This document shows positions 17,269 through 25,689 of a stretch of DNA of 64,000 nt, piece by piece. The stretch covers positions 21,878 through 85,877 of the forward strand of contig JAHFNJ010000001.1 in the NCBI GenBank assembly GCA_023267375.1, written 5' to 3'. The position numbers and the translations under genes were made by a program. The notes under the pieces are model-generated. The model saw nothing but the letters and a program-made list of their open reading frames with translations, made no database searches and was not told the DNA's origin. Position 1 is the first letter of the stretch, and each line of letters starts with the position of its first letter. This stretch comes from Candidatus Nomurabacteria bacterium. GTDB taxonomy: Bacteria; Patescibacteriota; Minisyncoccia; Phycocordibacterales; UBA9973.

Positions 17269-19203
17269 ATGAAAGCAGTGACTGTTGTCCCTATCGCAAA
17301 AGGGATAGGCAAAGAGCATTTAACCTATTTTTCGGCCAAAGATATTACTGTTGGCACGATTGTTTCTGTACCGATTCGCAATAAAATTATTGATGCACTC
17401 GTCGTTGAAACCAGCGACGTTGAAAATACAAAATCTGAAATTAAAGAAGCATCCTATCAGCTTAAGAAAATAGAAAAAGTAAAAGGAACTTCCCTCTTTT
17501 CTGATGCATTTCTTCACACTGTTGATCTAGCTCGCCGCTACTACCTGACACAAACTGGTGCCATGATTGAAGCAGTTGTGCCAAAAGTACTCATGACTCA
17601 TGCACAGTCGCTCAATCATCCGGCAAAAGAAAAAGAGAGTGACAAGCCCACCATCAAACAAGAAAAAGTGGCATTCCAAGCGCCACTCGAAGATCGACTA
17701 GTCTACTACAAAACATTCATCCGCGAATCATTCGCTCGCAAGCAGTCAGTGTTTATTACACTACCGACGATTCACGAAATCGAAACGTTCGCGGAAACAC
17801 TCGCAAAAGGAATCGAGACGTACACATTTGTGCTTCATAGCGACCTGCCTGCTAAAGAAATTGTCTTGCTCTACAATCAAATCCTCGACGAACCGCATCC
17901 GGTGCTCATTATTGCAACACCATCATATGTGGTCATCCCTCGGCAAGACATTGGCACCTATATCGTTGAACGCGAAAACTCAAGTGCCTATCGCCTGATC
18001 GAACGCCCACAAATTGATATGCGTCTCTTTGTGGAATTTTATGCCCGTGAACGAAACAAAAAATATATTCTCGCAGACACCTTTCTCCGCGTTGAAACAC
18101 TCTTTCGTATTGATGTGCATGAATTGGGAGAAGTCGCCTCTTCTGTTTTTCGATTACCACAAGGCGTAGAAATAGATATCGTTGATACGAAGCGTTCCGA
18201 CGCACCAGTTGTTGTACGAAAGAAATTCCAAATCATCAGCGACGAAGCACTGGCGACCATCCGCTCGGCAATAGCTGCAAAAAAACATGTCTTTCTTTTC
18301 ACCCTTAAAAAAGGCTTAGGGTCAATTACACTCTGCAACGACTGTGGTGAAGCACTCTTGTGCGATATGTGCGCTTCGCCAATGCGGCTCGTGCAAAATG
18401 CTACCGGGGATCGCATGTATCGCTGTAACCGCTGCAAGCGCACAAAGGACGCCACGACTCCATGCTCGCTCTGCGGCAGCTGGAATTTGATCGCGCTTGG
18501 TATCGGCACCGACCGCGTCTATGAAGAATTGCATTCTCATTTTCCAGACGTTCCGCTATTTCGTGTCGATAAAGACATCACAAAAACGGATGCTGCTGCG
18601 CGAAAAGTAATGCGCGAATTTTATAAAACAAAAGGCGCAATTCTCTTGGGTACCGAAATGACTTTTTTCCATCTTGATAATAAAGTGGACTACAGTGTCA
18701 TCGTTTCATTTGATTCTCTCTTCTCATTGCCATCATTTCGCATCCACGAAAAAATTCTCCAACTCTACCTTACCCTTCATTCATACACAGAGAAAAAAAT
18801 AATAATCCAAACAAAAAATCCACGTGAAGAAATAATCATGGCTATCAAACATTCAAATGCGCTCAATTGGTACCGGAGTGAACTCAAAATGCGCGAAGCG
18901 GCACACTATCCACCATTTACGATGCTCATGAAAATTAGTTACCGCGGTATAAAAGACGAAGTCGAGAAAGCGAAGGCAGAATTTTTGCTTGCCCTCCACG
19001 ACTACCATCCAGTTGTTTTTCAATCGACCGAGGCAAAAATAAAAGGCGTCTATGTCGTCAACGCGGTACTCAAAATAGCTCGCGAACGCTGGATACTATC
19101 ATTCTTAAACGACAGCAACACCTATGACAAGAAGCTAGAGCGTATTTTACGCTCCCTGGACCCCGAAGCCTCTATTCAGATTGATCCGGAGGACCTTTTA
19201 TAA
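17269..19203 (+). CDS. priA: primosomal protein N' (PriA)-like, with degenerate helicase motifs
   Basis: PriA-like N-terminal 3'-DNA-binding region and Cys-rich zinc region (CNDCGEALLCDMC...YRCNRCKRT...CSLCGS). Where Walker A should be, the sequence is FQAPLEDR. DEEH is ERENSSAY. Confidence 0.7.
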   Translation: MKAVTVVPIAKGIGKEHLTYFSAKDITVGTIVSVPIRNKIIDALVVETSDVENTKSEIKEASYQLKKIEKVKGTSLFSDAFLHTVDLARRYYLTQTGAMIEAVVPKVLMTHAQSLNHPAKEKESDKPTIKQEKVAFQAPLEDRLVYYKTFIRESFARKQSVFITLPTIHEIETFAETLAKGIETYTFVLHSDLPAKEIVLLYNQILDEPHPVLIIATPSYVVIPRQDIGTYIVERENSSAYRLIERPQIDMRLFVEFYARERNKKYILADTFLRVETLFRIDVHELGEVASSVFRLPQGVEIDIVDTKRSDAPVVVRKKFQIISDEALATIRSAIAAKKHVFLFTLKKGLGSITLCNDCGEALLCDMCASPMRLVQNATGDRMYRCNRCKRTKDATTPCSLCGSWNLIALGIGTDRVYEELHSHFPDVPLFRVDKDITKTDAAARKVMREFYKTKGAILLGTEMTFFHLDNKVDYSVIVSFDSLFSLPSFRIHEKILQLYLTLHSYTEKKIIIQTKNPREEIIMAIKHSNALNWYRSELKMREAAHYPPFTMLMKISYRGIKDEVEKAKAEFLLALHDYHPVVFQSTEAKIKGVYVVNAVLKIARERWILSFLNDSNTYDKKLERILRSLDPEASIQIDPEDLL

Positions 19204-19243
19204 AATGACGAATGTCTAATTTCTAATGACTAATGAAAAATCC
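19204..19243 (-). repeat. copy A of the 'tagtcattagaaattag' repeat family (minus orientation, next to a terminator hairpin)
   Basis: Reverse complement reads ...cattagtcattagaaattagacattcgtcatt, immediately 3' of the hairpin containing cgattcgtgaaa. Confidence 0.55.
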
Positions 19244-19276
19244 CGACTCGCTTTCACGAATCGGGATTTTTTAATT
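19244..19276. terminator. bidirectional rho-independent terminator (priA-like / 19289..20029)
   Basis: atcccgactcg..cgaatcgggat, an 11-bp stem including G-U pairs, then a T run. Confidence 0.55.
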
Positions 19277-19288
19277 TTAAGAAATTAG

Positions 19289-20029
19289 TTACTTGAAACA
19301 CGCAACCATCGCATTCTCAATTTTAAAAGATCTGCCACAGAAACGAATGTCGTCTGATAAGTACATTTTCGGAAAATACTTTATCTGCCTATCCCAATGG
19401 TTTTCATAATCACATCCCATAAATCGAACATATGCATCTCCGTTCTCTGTTCCTCCATATTTTTTACCGTAAATAGTATTGAGAAACAAAGTAGGATACT
19501 CTTTCCATGATTCAGGGATTAAGTAACGAAAATCAAAAAGATAATCAGCAATACATCCGTTGCACAAGCTGAAATGCTTGCTGAAATATTCATGCATCAG
19601 CCAACCATTAATGATCCCTTTTTTACTTGCGAAATGATCTCTGTATTTAATAAGAGGAACAAGAGATATTTTTTTAGGATTCCAAGGAAAATCTGGCTGA
19701 GGAGTATGTTTCTTCAGATAATACCCATCCTGGGGATGGAAGAGATCTGGTTGAACATCTCCACAAATCATGTGGCTTTCATTTGGCATCCCTCCATTGT
19801 TAACAAATAGGATGAATTCTTTTACAAGTCGTTCATCATTTTTAATGAGTACTTGACTTCCCTCTTTGTTTAAGAGTTCTTCCATTTCTGGATACTTACT
19901 CAATAGGCAAGTGATCATTTTATGAAATTGACCAAGACTTGCTTTTTCATTTACTGGTTTCATTTTATTCTTTTTTATGGGTTTACGACACCCGACTACG
20001 GAATAGTACTTAGCAACATGGCTGTTCAA
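19289..20029 (-). CDS. hypothetical Cys-rich protein (orphan, flanked by inverted repeats)
   Basis: 246-aa ORF with nine Cys, several Trp/Tyr-rich stretches and no motif I recognise. It has its own terminator. Confidence 0.5.
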   Translation of the reverse strand: MNSHVAKYYSVVGCRKPIKKNKMKPVNEKASLGQFHKMITCLLSKYPEMEELLNKEGSQVLIKNDERLVKEFILFVNNGGMPNESHMICGDVQPDLFHPQDGYYLKKHTPQPDFPWNPKKISLVPLIKYRDHFASKKGIINGWLMHEYFSKHFSLCNGCIADYLFDFRYLIPESWKEYPTLFLNTIYGKKYGGTENGDAYVRFMGCDYENHWDRQIKYFPKMYLSDDIRFCGRSFKIENAMVACFK

Positions 20030-20069
20030 TTCAAACTAACCATACTATTTTTTAACATATAGTCAAGAT

Positions 20070-20108
20070 TACTACATTTTTTAGTCATTAGAAATTAATA
20101 ATTAGACA
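20070..20108 (+). repeat. copy C of the 'tagtcattagaaattag' repeat family
   Basis: ttttttagtcattagaaattaataattagacatt. This is the inverted partner of copy A. Confidence 0.55.
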
Positions 20109-20128
20109 TTTGCGTAATCACAACTGGT

Positions 20129-20395
20129 ATGTTATTATCCCCTCACATGATTTCAAATATAGCAGTCAGTAAAAATAACAACGAAAACAACCAGAGCTTG
20201 CTCCGCCGTTTTTCTCGTCGCGTACAAGAAACAAGCCTTTTGCCAAAAGTAAAAGGAAATCGCTATGCACAGCGCAAGAAATCAAAATTGGTAGTAAAAG
20301 CAGCAACCTTGAAGAAGCTCGCTCGTCGAAAAGAGATTGAAAAACTCAAGAAACTCGGCAAAATGGTAGAACGCGAAGGACGTGGATCTAAATAA
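20129..20395 (+). CDS. rpsU: 30S ribosomal protein S21
   Basis: LLRRFSRRVQETSLLPKVKGNRYAQRKKSKLVVKAATLKKLARRK matches the bS21 pattern. The start may be the in-frame ATG at 20147. Confidence 0.55.
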   Translation: MLLSPHMISNIAVSKNNNENNQSLLRRFSRRVQETSLLPKVKGNRYAQRKKSKLVVKAATLKKLARRKEIEKLKKLGKMVEREGRGSK

Positions 20396-20398
20396 TAA

Positions 20399-20791
20399 AT
20401 GAAGTACGAGGAAAAAGTTTCAATAACGTACATACAGACAAAAGGCAAGCTCCCCCGCTTGCCTTTTGTGCAGATGAAAGAGGCTATTTTGGGTAAAAAC
20501 TACGACCTCTCTATCGCCTGCGTCTCTCCTCTTATCTCAAAAAAACTAAACAACACCTACCGTGGCAAAAATAAGCCAACAAATATCTTAAGCTTCCCGC
20601 TTTCAAAAAAAGACGGCGAGCTAGTGCTTGATCTCGCACTCATCAAAAAAGAAGCGCCTAAATTTGAGCGTTCATACCGTCGATTTGTCGGTTTTTTACT
20701 TATCCACGGAATGCTCCATTTGAAAGGAATGCAACATGGTAGTACAATGGAGGGTAAGGAGAGAAAATTTCTAAAGAAATTTGAGCTCTAA
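20399..20791 (+). CDS. ybeY: rRNA maturation endoribonuclease YbeY
   Basis: LLIHGMLHLKGMQHG is the HxxxHxxGxxH zinc motif. Confidence 0.8.
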   Translation: MKYEEKVSITYIQTKGKLPRLPFVQMKEAILGKNYDLSIACVSPLISKKLNNTYRGKNKPTNILSFPLSKKDGELVLDLALIKKEAPKFERSYRRFVGFLLIHGMLHLKGMQHGSTMEGKERKFLKKFEL

Positions 20792-20904
20792 AAAAATATT
20801 GTCTCGATCTTAAGCATTTGTTTAAGATGAAACATTTGGATTTCGGAAGAGAAAACCGGAATGACAATTTTTTTGGAAATTTTCCCTTGTCTACATAATT
20901 ACAC

Positions 20905-22065
20905 ATGGCCATACGTAACATTACAGTCGGAATAGATGTGGGAACCTACGCGACACGCGTTGTTGTTGCTGAATATAAAAAAGGCGAAAAAATCCCTCAA
21001 ATATTAGGCACTGGCATGAGCGTTTCAAATGGCCTCCGTCACGGTTATATCATCAACAGTGATGAAGCGGTAAAAAGCATTCGCCGCGCAGTCGCTGACG
21101 CAGAAAAAAATGCTGGCATCAAAATTAAGCGCGCAGCTTTGTCTATCGGCGGCGTGAGCGTCGGATCTGCACTCAGTGTTGGCAGTACGATTATTTCAAA
21201 AGCTGATACTGAAGTCACCTCACTCGATATCGCCAAAGCCGTAAAAGAAGCAGAAGATAATCTCTCGCTCGCTAATAAAAAAATAATTGAAACAATCCCC
21301 GTCGCATACAAACTTGATGGGAAAGAAATCACCGGTCGCCCAGAAGGCATGCACGGGATCAAGCTCGAGGTTCGCGTACTCTTCATCACCTGCCTTGAAC
21401 AACATTTTGACGACTTAGTAGAAGCGGCAACTGATGCAGGTATTGAGGTTGTCGACGTTGTGCCTTCTCCGCTTGCAGCAAGCGCAATCGCCCTCTCAGA
21501 CCGCCAGAAATCAGTGGGGTCTATTTTGGTAAATATCGGCGCCGAAACAGTTTCTATCGCCGTCTTTGAAAACGGGCATGCGATCTCGCTCCACATATTT
21601 TCCATCGGTTCTACTGATATCACCAATGACATCGCCCTAGGACTGAAAGTGCCGCTTGATGAAGCAGAAGGAATTAAAATTGGATCAGTCATGGGCAACT
21701 ATCCAAAAAAGAAACTGGATGAAATCATTGAAGCACGACTCTCAGATATTTTTGAACTCATCGACAATCATTTGAAAAAAATAAAACGTAGCGAACTTTT
21801 ACCGGCAGGAATAATCATCACCGGCGGCGGTGCGCAAATTGCAATGATTGATGAGATGGCAAAATCATTTCTTAAACTTCCAGCGCGTATCGGTGTCGCT
21901 GAATTTTTCGGTAATGCAAAGAGCAAGATTCGCGATTCGTCATGGTTTGTAGCGACAGGGTTATGTGTTCATGATTCTCATCGAAACATGGGTGGTAGTG
22001 AGAGCGGTTTCGGTAAAGAAATCAAGAATTTCTTCAAAAATATAGGGAAACAATTGCTCCCGTAG
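20905..22065 (+). CDS. ftsA: cell division protein FtsA
   Basis: VGIDVGTYATRVVVAE, an actin-like fold over the full length, and located directly upstream of ftsZ. Confidence 0.9.
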   Translation: MAIRNITVGIDVGTYATRVVVAEYKKGEKIPQILGTGMSVSNGLRHGYIINSDEAVKSIRRAVADAEKNAGIKIKRAALSIGGVSVGSALSVGSTIISKADTEVTSLDIAKAVKEAEDNLSLANKKIIETIPVAYKLDGKEITGRPEGMHGIKLEVRVLFITCLEQHFDDLVEAATDAGIEVVDVVPSPLAASAIALSDRQKSVGSILVNIGAETVSIAVFENGHAISLHIFSIGSTDITNDIALGLKVPLDEAEGIKIGSVMGNYPKKKLDEIIEARLSDIFELIDNHLKKIKRSELLPAGIIITGGGAQIAMIDEMAKSFLKLPARIGVAEFFGNAKSKIRDSSWFVATGLCVHDSHRNMGGSESGFGKEIKNFFKNIGKQLLP

Positions 22066-22168
22066 TCAACTTGTCTTTTCTTGACAAGGAGAGCACGTAC
22101 AAGCTATCCTATTAACACTTAGCGTGGCCGAAAGTCCTATTCATAATTAATTTATATTCAATTTTTAT

Positions 22169-23416
22169 ATGCCAAAAATAAGCCCAGAAATAGAAACATT
22201 TGCTCGAATTAAAGTCATTGGCGTCGGCGGATCAGGTAAAAACGCCTTGAACCATATGATCGTTTCGAAAGTAAAAGGTGTCGAGTTTATTGCAATGAAC
22301 ACCGATACACAGGACCTCCACAATTCTCTTGCAGACAAGAAAATCCACATTGGTAAAAATTTGACAAAAGGCTTGGGGGCTGGCATGAATCCGGAAGTCG
22401 GCAAACGTGCAGCAGAAGAAACCAAAGCTGAAATCCAAGATGTCATCAAGGGCTCTGACATGGTCTTTATCGCATGTGGATTAGGCGGTGGTACTGGTAC
22501 TGGCGCTGCTCCGATTGTTGCACGTGCAGCAAAAGAACAAGGAGTACTCACTGTTGCTGTTGTCACTCGTCCATTTTCATTCGAAGGAACACAACGTACA
22601 AAACTTGCAGAAAAAGGATTGGAAGAACTTTCAAAAGAAGTAGACGCTATCATCGTGATTCCAAACGACCGTCTCCTTTTGATTGCAAATAAAGATACTG
22701 GGTTCAAACAAGCATTCGCGATGTGCGATGAAGTGCTCCGCCAAGCAGTTGAAGGCATTTCTGATCTCATCACTACCCCAGGCGTCATCAACGTCGACTT
22801 CGCTGATATCAAAGCAGTCATGTCTGATGCAGGAAGCGCACTTATGGGTATCGGTATGGCTTCTGGTGAAGATCGCGCAAAGAAAGCAGCTACCGAAGCA
22901 ATCAATTCCCCCCTCCTCGACATTTCAATTCACGGTGCACGCGGCGTCCTCTTTGCTATCTCTGGCGGTGAAGACCTCGGTATTCTTGAAGTACAGGAAG
23001 CAGCAAAGGTTATCACTGAATCTATCGACAAAGAAGCACGGGTTATCTTTGGTACTATCAAGGACGATCGTCTAAAGAAAGGTGAAATCAAAGTTACGGT
23101 GATCGCTTCAGCATTCCCAACCGACGCTCCAAAGAAATCACTCTTTGCCGGACAACAAAAAGAGCAGCGAGAACAAGCTCCAGCAGTAGCTCCAAAAACC
23201 ATCTCTTCTATTCTCCGCGAAGATGTAAACTTAGGAACAAGTAACACTGAAAAAGAAAAGAAGGAAATTCACAACAGTCTGCCAGTCAACGAATATGTTA
23301 AGAAAATCGACAACAGCCAAACAAACAAGAAACCTGATATCGAAGTTCTAACCGATGACGATGATGATACTGGTGACTGGAGTGCGGTCCCTGCATTTCT
23401 CCGAAGAAAAAAGTAA
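22169..23416 (+). CDS. ftsZ: cell division protein FtsZ
   Basis: IKVIGVGGSGKNALNHM and GGGTGTGAAPIVA tubulin signatures, with an acidic C-terminal tail. Confidence 0.95.
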   Translation: MPKISPEIETFARIKVIGVGGSGKNALNHMIVSKVKGVEFIAMNTDTQDLHNSLADKKIHIGKNLTKGLGAGMNPEVGKRAAEETKAEIQDVIKGSDMVFIACGLGGGTGTGAAPIVARAAKEQGVLTVAVVTRPFSFEGTQRTKLAEKGLEELSKEVDAIIVIPNDRLLLIANKDTGFKQAFAMCDEVLRQAVEGISDLITTPGVINVDFADIKAVMSDAGSALMGIGMASGEDRAKKAATEAINSPLLDISIHGARGVLFAISGGEDLGILEVQEAAKVITESIDKEARVIFGTIKDDRLKKGEIKVTVIASAFPTDAPKKSLFAGQQKEQREQAPAVAPKTISSILREDVNLGTSNTEKEKKEIHNSLPVNEYVKKIDNSQTNKKPDIEVLTDDDDDTGDWSAVPAFLRRKK

Positions 23417-23432
23417 GCTACTCACTAAAAAA

Positions 23433-23455
23433 ACACCCATTAGGGTGTTTTTTTA
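23433..23455 (+). terminator. rho-independent terminator of ftsZ
   Basis: acacccattagggtgt hairpin followed by T7. Confidence 0.6.
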
Positions 23456-23469
23456 TTTCTTGACTCACG

Positions 23470-23478
23470 TGGTATAAT
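23470..23478 (+). promoter_or_regulatory. extended -10 promoter (TGgTATAAT) for trxB, predicting a leaderless transcript
   Basis: tggtataat ends 6 nt before the trxB ATG at 23485. Confidence 0.4.
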
Positions 23479-23484
23479 GCCCGA

Positions 23485-24414
23485 ATGTTATACGATTTGA
23501 TCATTATCGGTGGTGGACCAGCAGGCTGTGCTGCGGCTGTGTATGCTGCCCGTAAACGCTTAAAAACCCTCCTTATTGCCGAATCTTTTGGTGGTCAGTC
23601 TACCGACTCAATGGGAGTCCAAAACTGGATCGGAACGATTAATATTTCTGGTGTAGACCTCGCCAAAAACCTCCGCGAGCATGCATTTGCTTACAAGAGC
23701 GATGTACTCGATATCAAAGAAGGCGAACGAGCTCAAAAAATTGAACAAAAAGGAGAAAACCATTTTGCTGTAAGTACCCAAAACGGCGAAACGTTTGAAT
23801 CAAAAACAGTCCTCGTTACCACTGGTTCTGGTCGCCGAAAACTCCCTGCAAAAAATGCAGACAAGTTCGAACACAAAGGACTCACCTATTGCGCTTCCTG
23901 TGATGGACCACTCTTTAGCGATCAAGACGTCGTGGTTGTCGGTGGCGGCAATGCTGGCTTCGAATCAGCTGCGCAGCTTCTTGCCTACTGCAAAAGCGTG
24001 ACACTGCTTAACCGAAGCGACAGTTTTCGTGCAGATGAAATTACCGTCACCAAGGTGCTTTCAAATCCAAAAATGAAAGCAATCAAAAATGTGGATATTC
24101 TTGAAGTCACGGGTGATCAGTTCGTACAAGGAATTATTTACAAAGATGCAAAATCAGGAGAAACAATCACGCTTCCCGTTGCTGGCATTTTTGTTGAAAT
24201 CGGACAAATTCCAAACACCGGCTTTGTTGATGGATTCTTAAAGCTTGATGAAAATAAGAAGATAATTGTTGACCCAATGAATCAGCGCACGTCCGTAAAT
24301 GGCATCTGGTGCGCTGGCGATGCGACCAACGGTCTCTACCACCAGAACAACATCGCTGCTGGTGATGCAGTTAAAGCACTCGAAGACATCTACCTCTATC
24401 TGAACGCAAAATAA
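23485..24414 (+). CDS. trxB: thioredoxin-disulfide reductase
   Basis: IIIGGGPAGCAAAVYAAR FAD site, CASCDG redox-active CxxC, VVVGGGNAGFESA NADPH site. Confidence 0.85.
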   Translation: MLYDLIIIGGGPAGCAAAVYAARKRLKTLLIAESFGGQSTDSMGVQNWIGTINISGVDLAKNLREHAFAYKSDVLDIKEGERAQKIEQKGENHFAVSTQNGETFESKTVLVTTGSGRRKLPAKNADKFEHKGLTYCASCDGPLFSDQDVVVVGGGNAGFESAAQLLAYCKSVTLLNRSDSFRADEITVTKVLSNPKMKAIKNVDILEVTGDQFVQGIIYKDAKSGETITLPVAGIFVEIGQIPNTGFVDGFLKLDENKKIIVDPMNQRTSVNGIWCAGDATNGLYHQNNIAAGDAVKALEDIYLYLNAK

Positions 24415-24421
24415 AAAAAAA

Positions 24422-24447
24422 TCCCCGCAAAAGCGGGGACTTTTTTT
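24422..24447. terminator. rho-independent terminator after trxB
   Basis: tccccgcaaaagcgggga hairpin followed by T7. Confidence 0.6.
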
Positions 24448-24458
24448 ATTTAAGATAT

Positions 24459-24947
24459 CTAAGCTGCAATAGGTTTTTTAATCCTAAAAAATTTACAGAC
24501 CCGAGAAGTCATCTTCCCCACTTTAACAGCAGGAAAATCATGGCCGAATATTTCCCTGGTGGGAGAATATTTTAATCTTGGGTGGTAGTAGCTTAACTCT
24601 ACTCCTTCGTTTAATACAAATCGAAACACAATTTTTTTCTTCGACTGTGGACGAGTTAAATCAATGGACGGAGTTCGCTCTCCTCCTCGCCTTTCCTCAG
24701 GCAAAGTTGGAGAAACGGAAACATTTGTCCCAACAATAATTTGTTGAGCAAGTGAAGTTAATCTATTTTCAAGCCCTCTCTTTTTAAATTTTCCGGGCTG
24801 AAAAGTTAATCGCTGTGATTTCATTTTTTTCGGGGGTTTTATAGGTGAAACAAAATGTTGAGAACAATTTTGCAAAGAGTGTAGCAAAATGAGCGCAAAC
24901 GTCAATACGTTTGCGCTCATTTGTATCAAATATTTACGGATGGACAA
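24459..24947 (-). CDS. hypothetical basic protein (doubtful gene)
   Basis: 162-aa ORF that fills a 520-bp gap. Its first ~20 codons overlap the terminator hairpin of the upstream gene, so a real gene would be shorter. No motifs. Confidence 0.2.
   Translation of the reverse strand: MSIRKYLIQMSANVLTFALILLHSLQNCSQHFVSPIKPPKKMKSQRLTFQPGKFKKRGLENRLTSLAQQIIVGTNVSVSPTLPEERRGGERTPSIDLTRPQSKKKIVFRFVLNEGVELSYYHPRLKYSPTREIFGHDFPAVKVGKMTSRVCKFFRIKKPIAA
24890..24920 (-). terminator. rho-independent terminator of the 24934..25683 gene
   Basis: tgagcgcaaacg..cgtttgcgctca perfect 12-bp hairpin, followed on the minus strand by TTTTGCT. Confidence 0.5.
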
Positions 24948-25683
24948 TACTGTGTGCCAACTCGAGCTGTTCTTGAGTATTCACTCCAAGAGCTTCATGC
25001 GGATCAATAACGATCGAAGCAATTGGTTTCGATTCATTACAAGCCGCTTCAACCAAATCCGTGAGATAGTATTCTTGTTGAGCATTATTGTTCTTGAGCC
25101 CATGAAGCTCTCTCCACATCCATGCTGCATTAAAACAGAAATAGCACGGATTTACTTCAGTTATTTTTTTCTCTTCTTCAGTCGCATCTTTATTTTCAAC
25201 TGTTCGTAAAATCTTTCCATCAGCATCACGAATAATCCGTGAGAAGTTCGTAAAACCACCACGCCAGTCCTCAAAATCCTCCACCACGGTTGTGGCCATG
25301 GTCAGATATGCGCCTGAGGATACATGCATCTCTGCGAGCTTTCTGATGGTCTCCGCGCTCATATAGGGCTGATCGCCATAGAGCACCATAATGTTCTCTG
25401 CTTTGTCCTTTAAAAGCGATTCTGTGGACATTACAGCGTGACCTGTACCCAACTGCTCAGCCTGTACGGCGTAGGTATAGCCATCGCCTAAAGCCGCACG
25501 TACCTGATCACCCTTCTGCCCAATAACAATCACCGGATCAGCACACACTCCTGACTCTTTGATTGAGTCTAAAAGATGCACAATGAGCGGTTTCCCGTGG
25601 AGTGGAGTGAGTACTTTCGGGATTTCAGAATTCATGCGCTTACCGTGACCAGCTGCCAGAATAACAATTTGAATTTTTTGCAT
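24934..25683 (-). CDS. sugar-1-phosphate nucleotidyltransferase (GlmU N-terminal uridyltransferase domain only)
   Basis: ILAAGHGKRMNSEIPKVLTPLHGKPLI.. and GTGHAV match the GlmU pyrophosphorylase domain. There is no C-terminal left-handed beta-helix acetyltransferase domain. Confidence 0.75.
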   Translation of the reverse strand: MQKIQIVILAAGHGKRMNSEIPKVLTPLHGKPLIVHLLDSIKESGVCADPVIVIGQKGDQVRAALGDGYTYAVQAEQLGTGHAVMSTESLLKDKAENIMVLYGDQPYMSAETIRKLAEMHVSSGAYLTMATTVVEDFEDWRGGFTNFSRIIRDADGKILRTVENKDATEEEKKITEVNPCYFCFNAAWMWRELHGLKNNNAQQEYYLTDLVEAACNESKPIASIVIDPHEALGVNTQEQLELAHSIVHP

Positions 25684-25689
25684 ATAATT

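Noticed and set aside
18039-18509. 156-aa and 72-aa ORFs antisense within the priA-like gene
   Set aside because: Internal antisense frames of a gene with a clear family assignment.
21045-21698. 217-aa ORF antisense to ftsA
   Set aside because: Entirely inside and opposite to a confidently identified gene. Low-complexity S/A/T-rich translation typical of antisense frames.
22066-22168. Possible promoter between ftsA and ftsZ (TTGACA…TATCCT)
   Set aside because: The -10 is poor. It could be real, but the evidence is too weak to list as a feature.
22165-22923. 252-aa ORF antisense to ftsZ
   Set aside because: Same reasoning. ftsZ identification is unambiguous.
23459-23464. TTGACT as a -35 element for trxB
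   Set aside because: Only 5 to 7 nt from the -10 hexamer. The extended -10 TGn explains promoter activity without it.
24459-24947. Possible tmRNA, because the minus-strand ORF ends …PIAA*
   Set aside because: The reading frame is open for 160 codons, not a ~10-codon tag. No tRNA-like acceptor or T-arm nearby.
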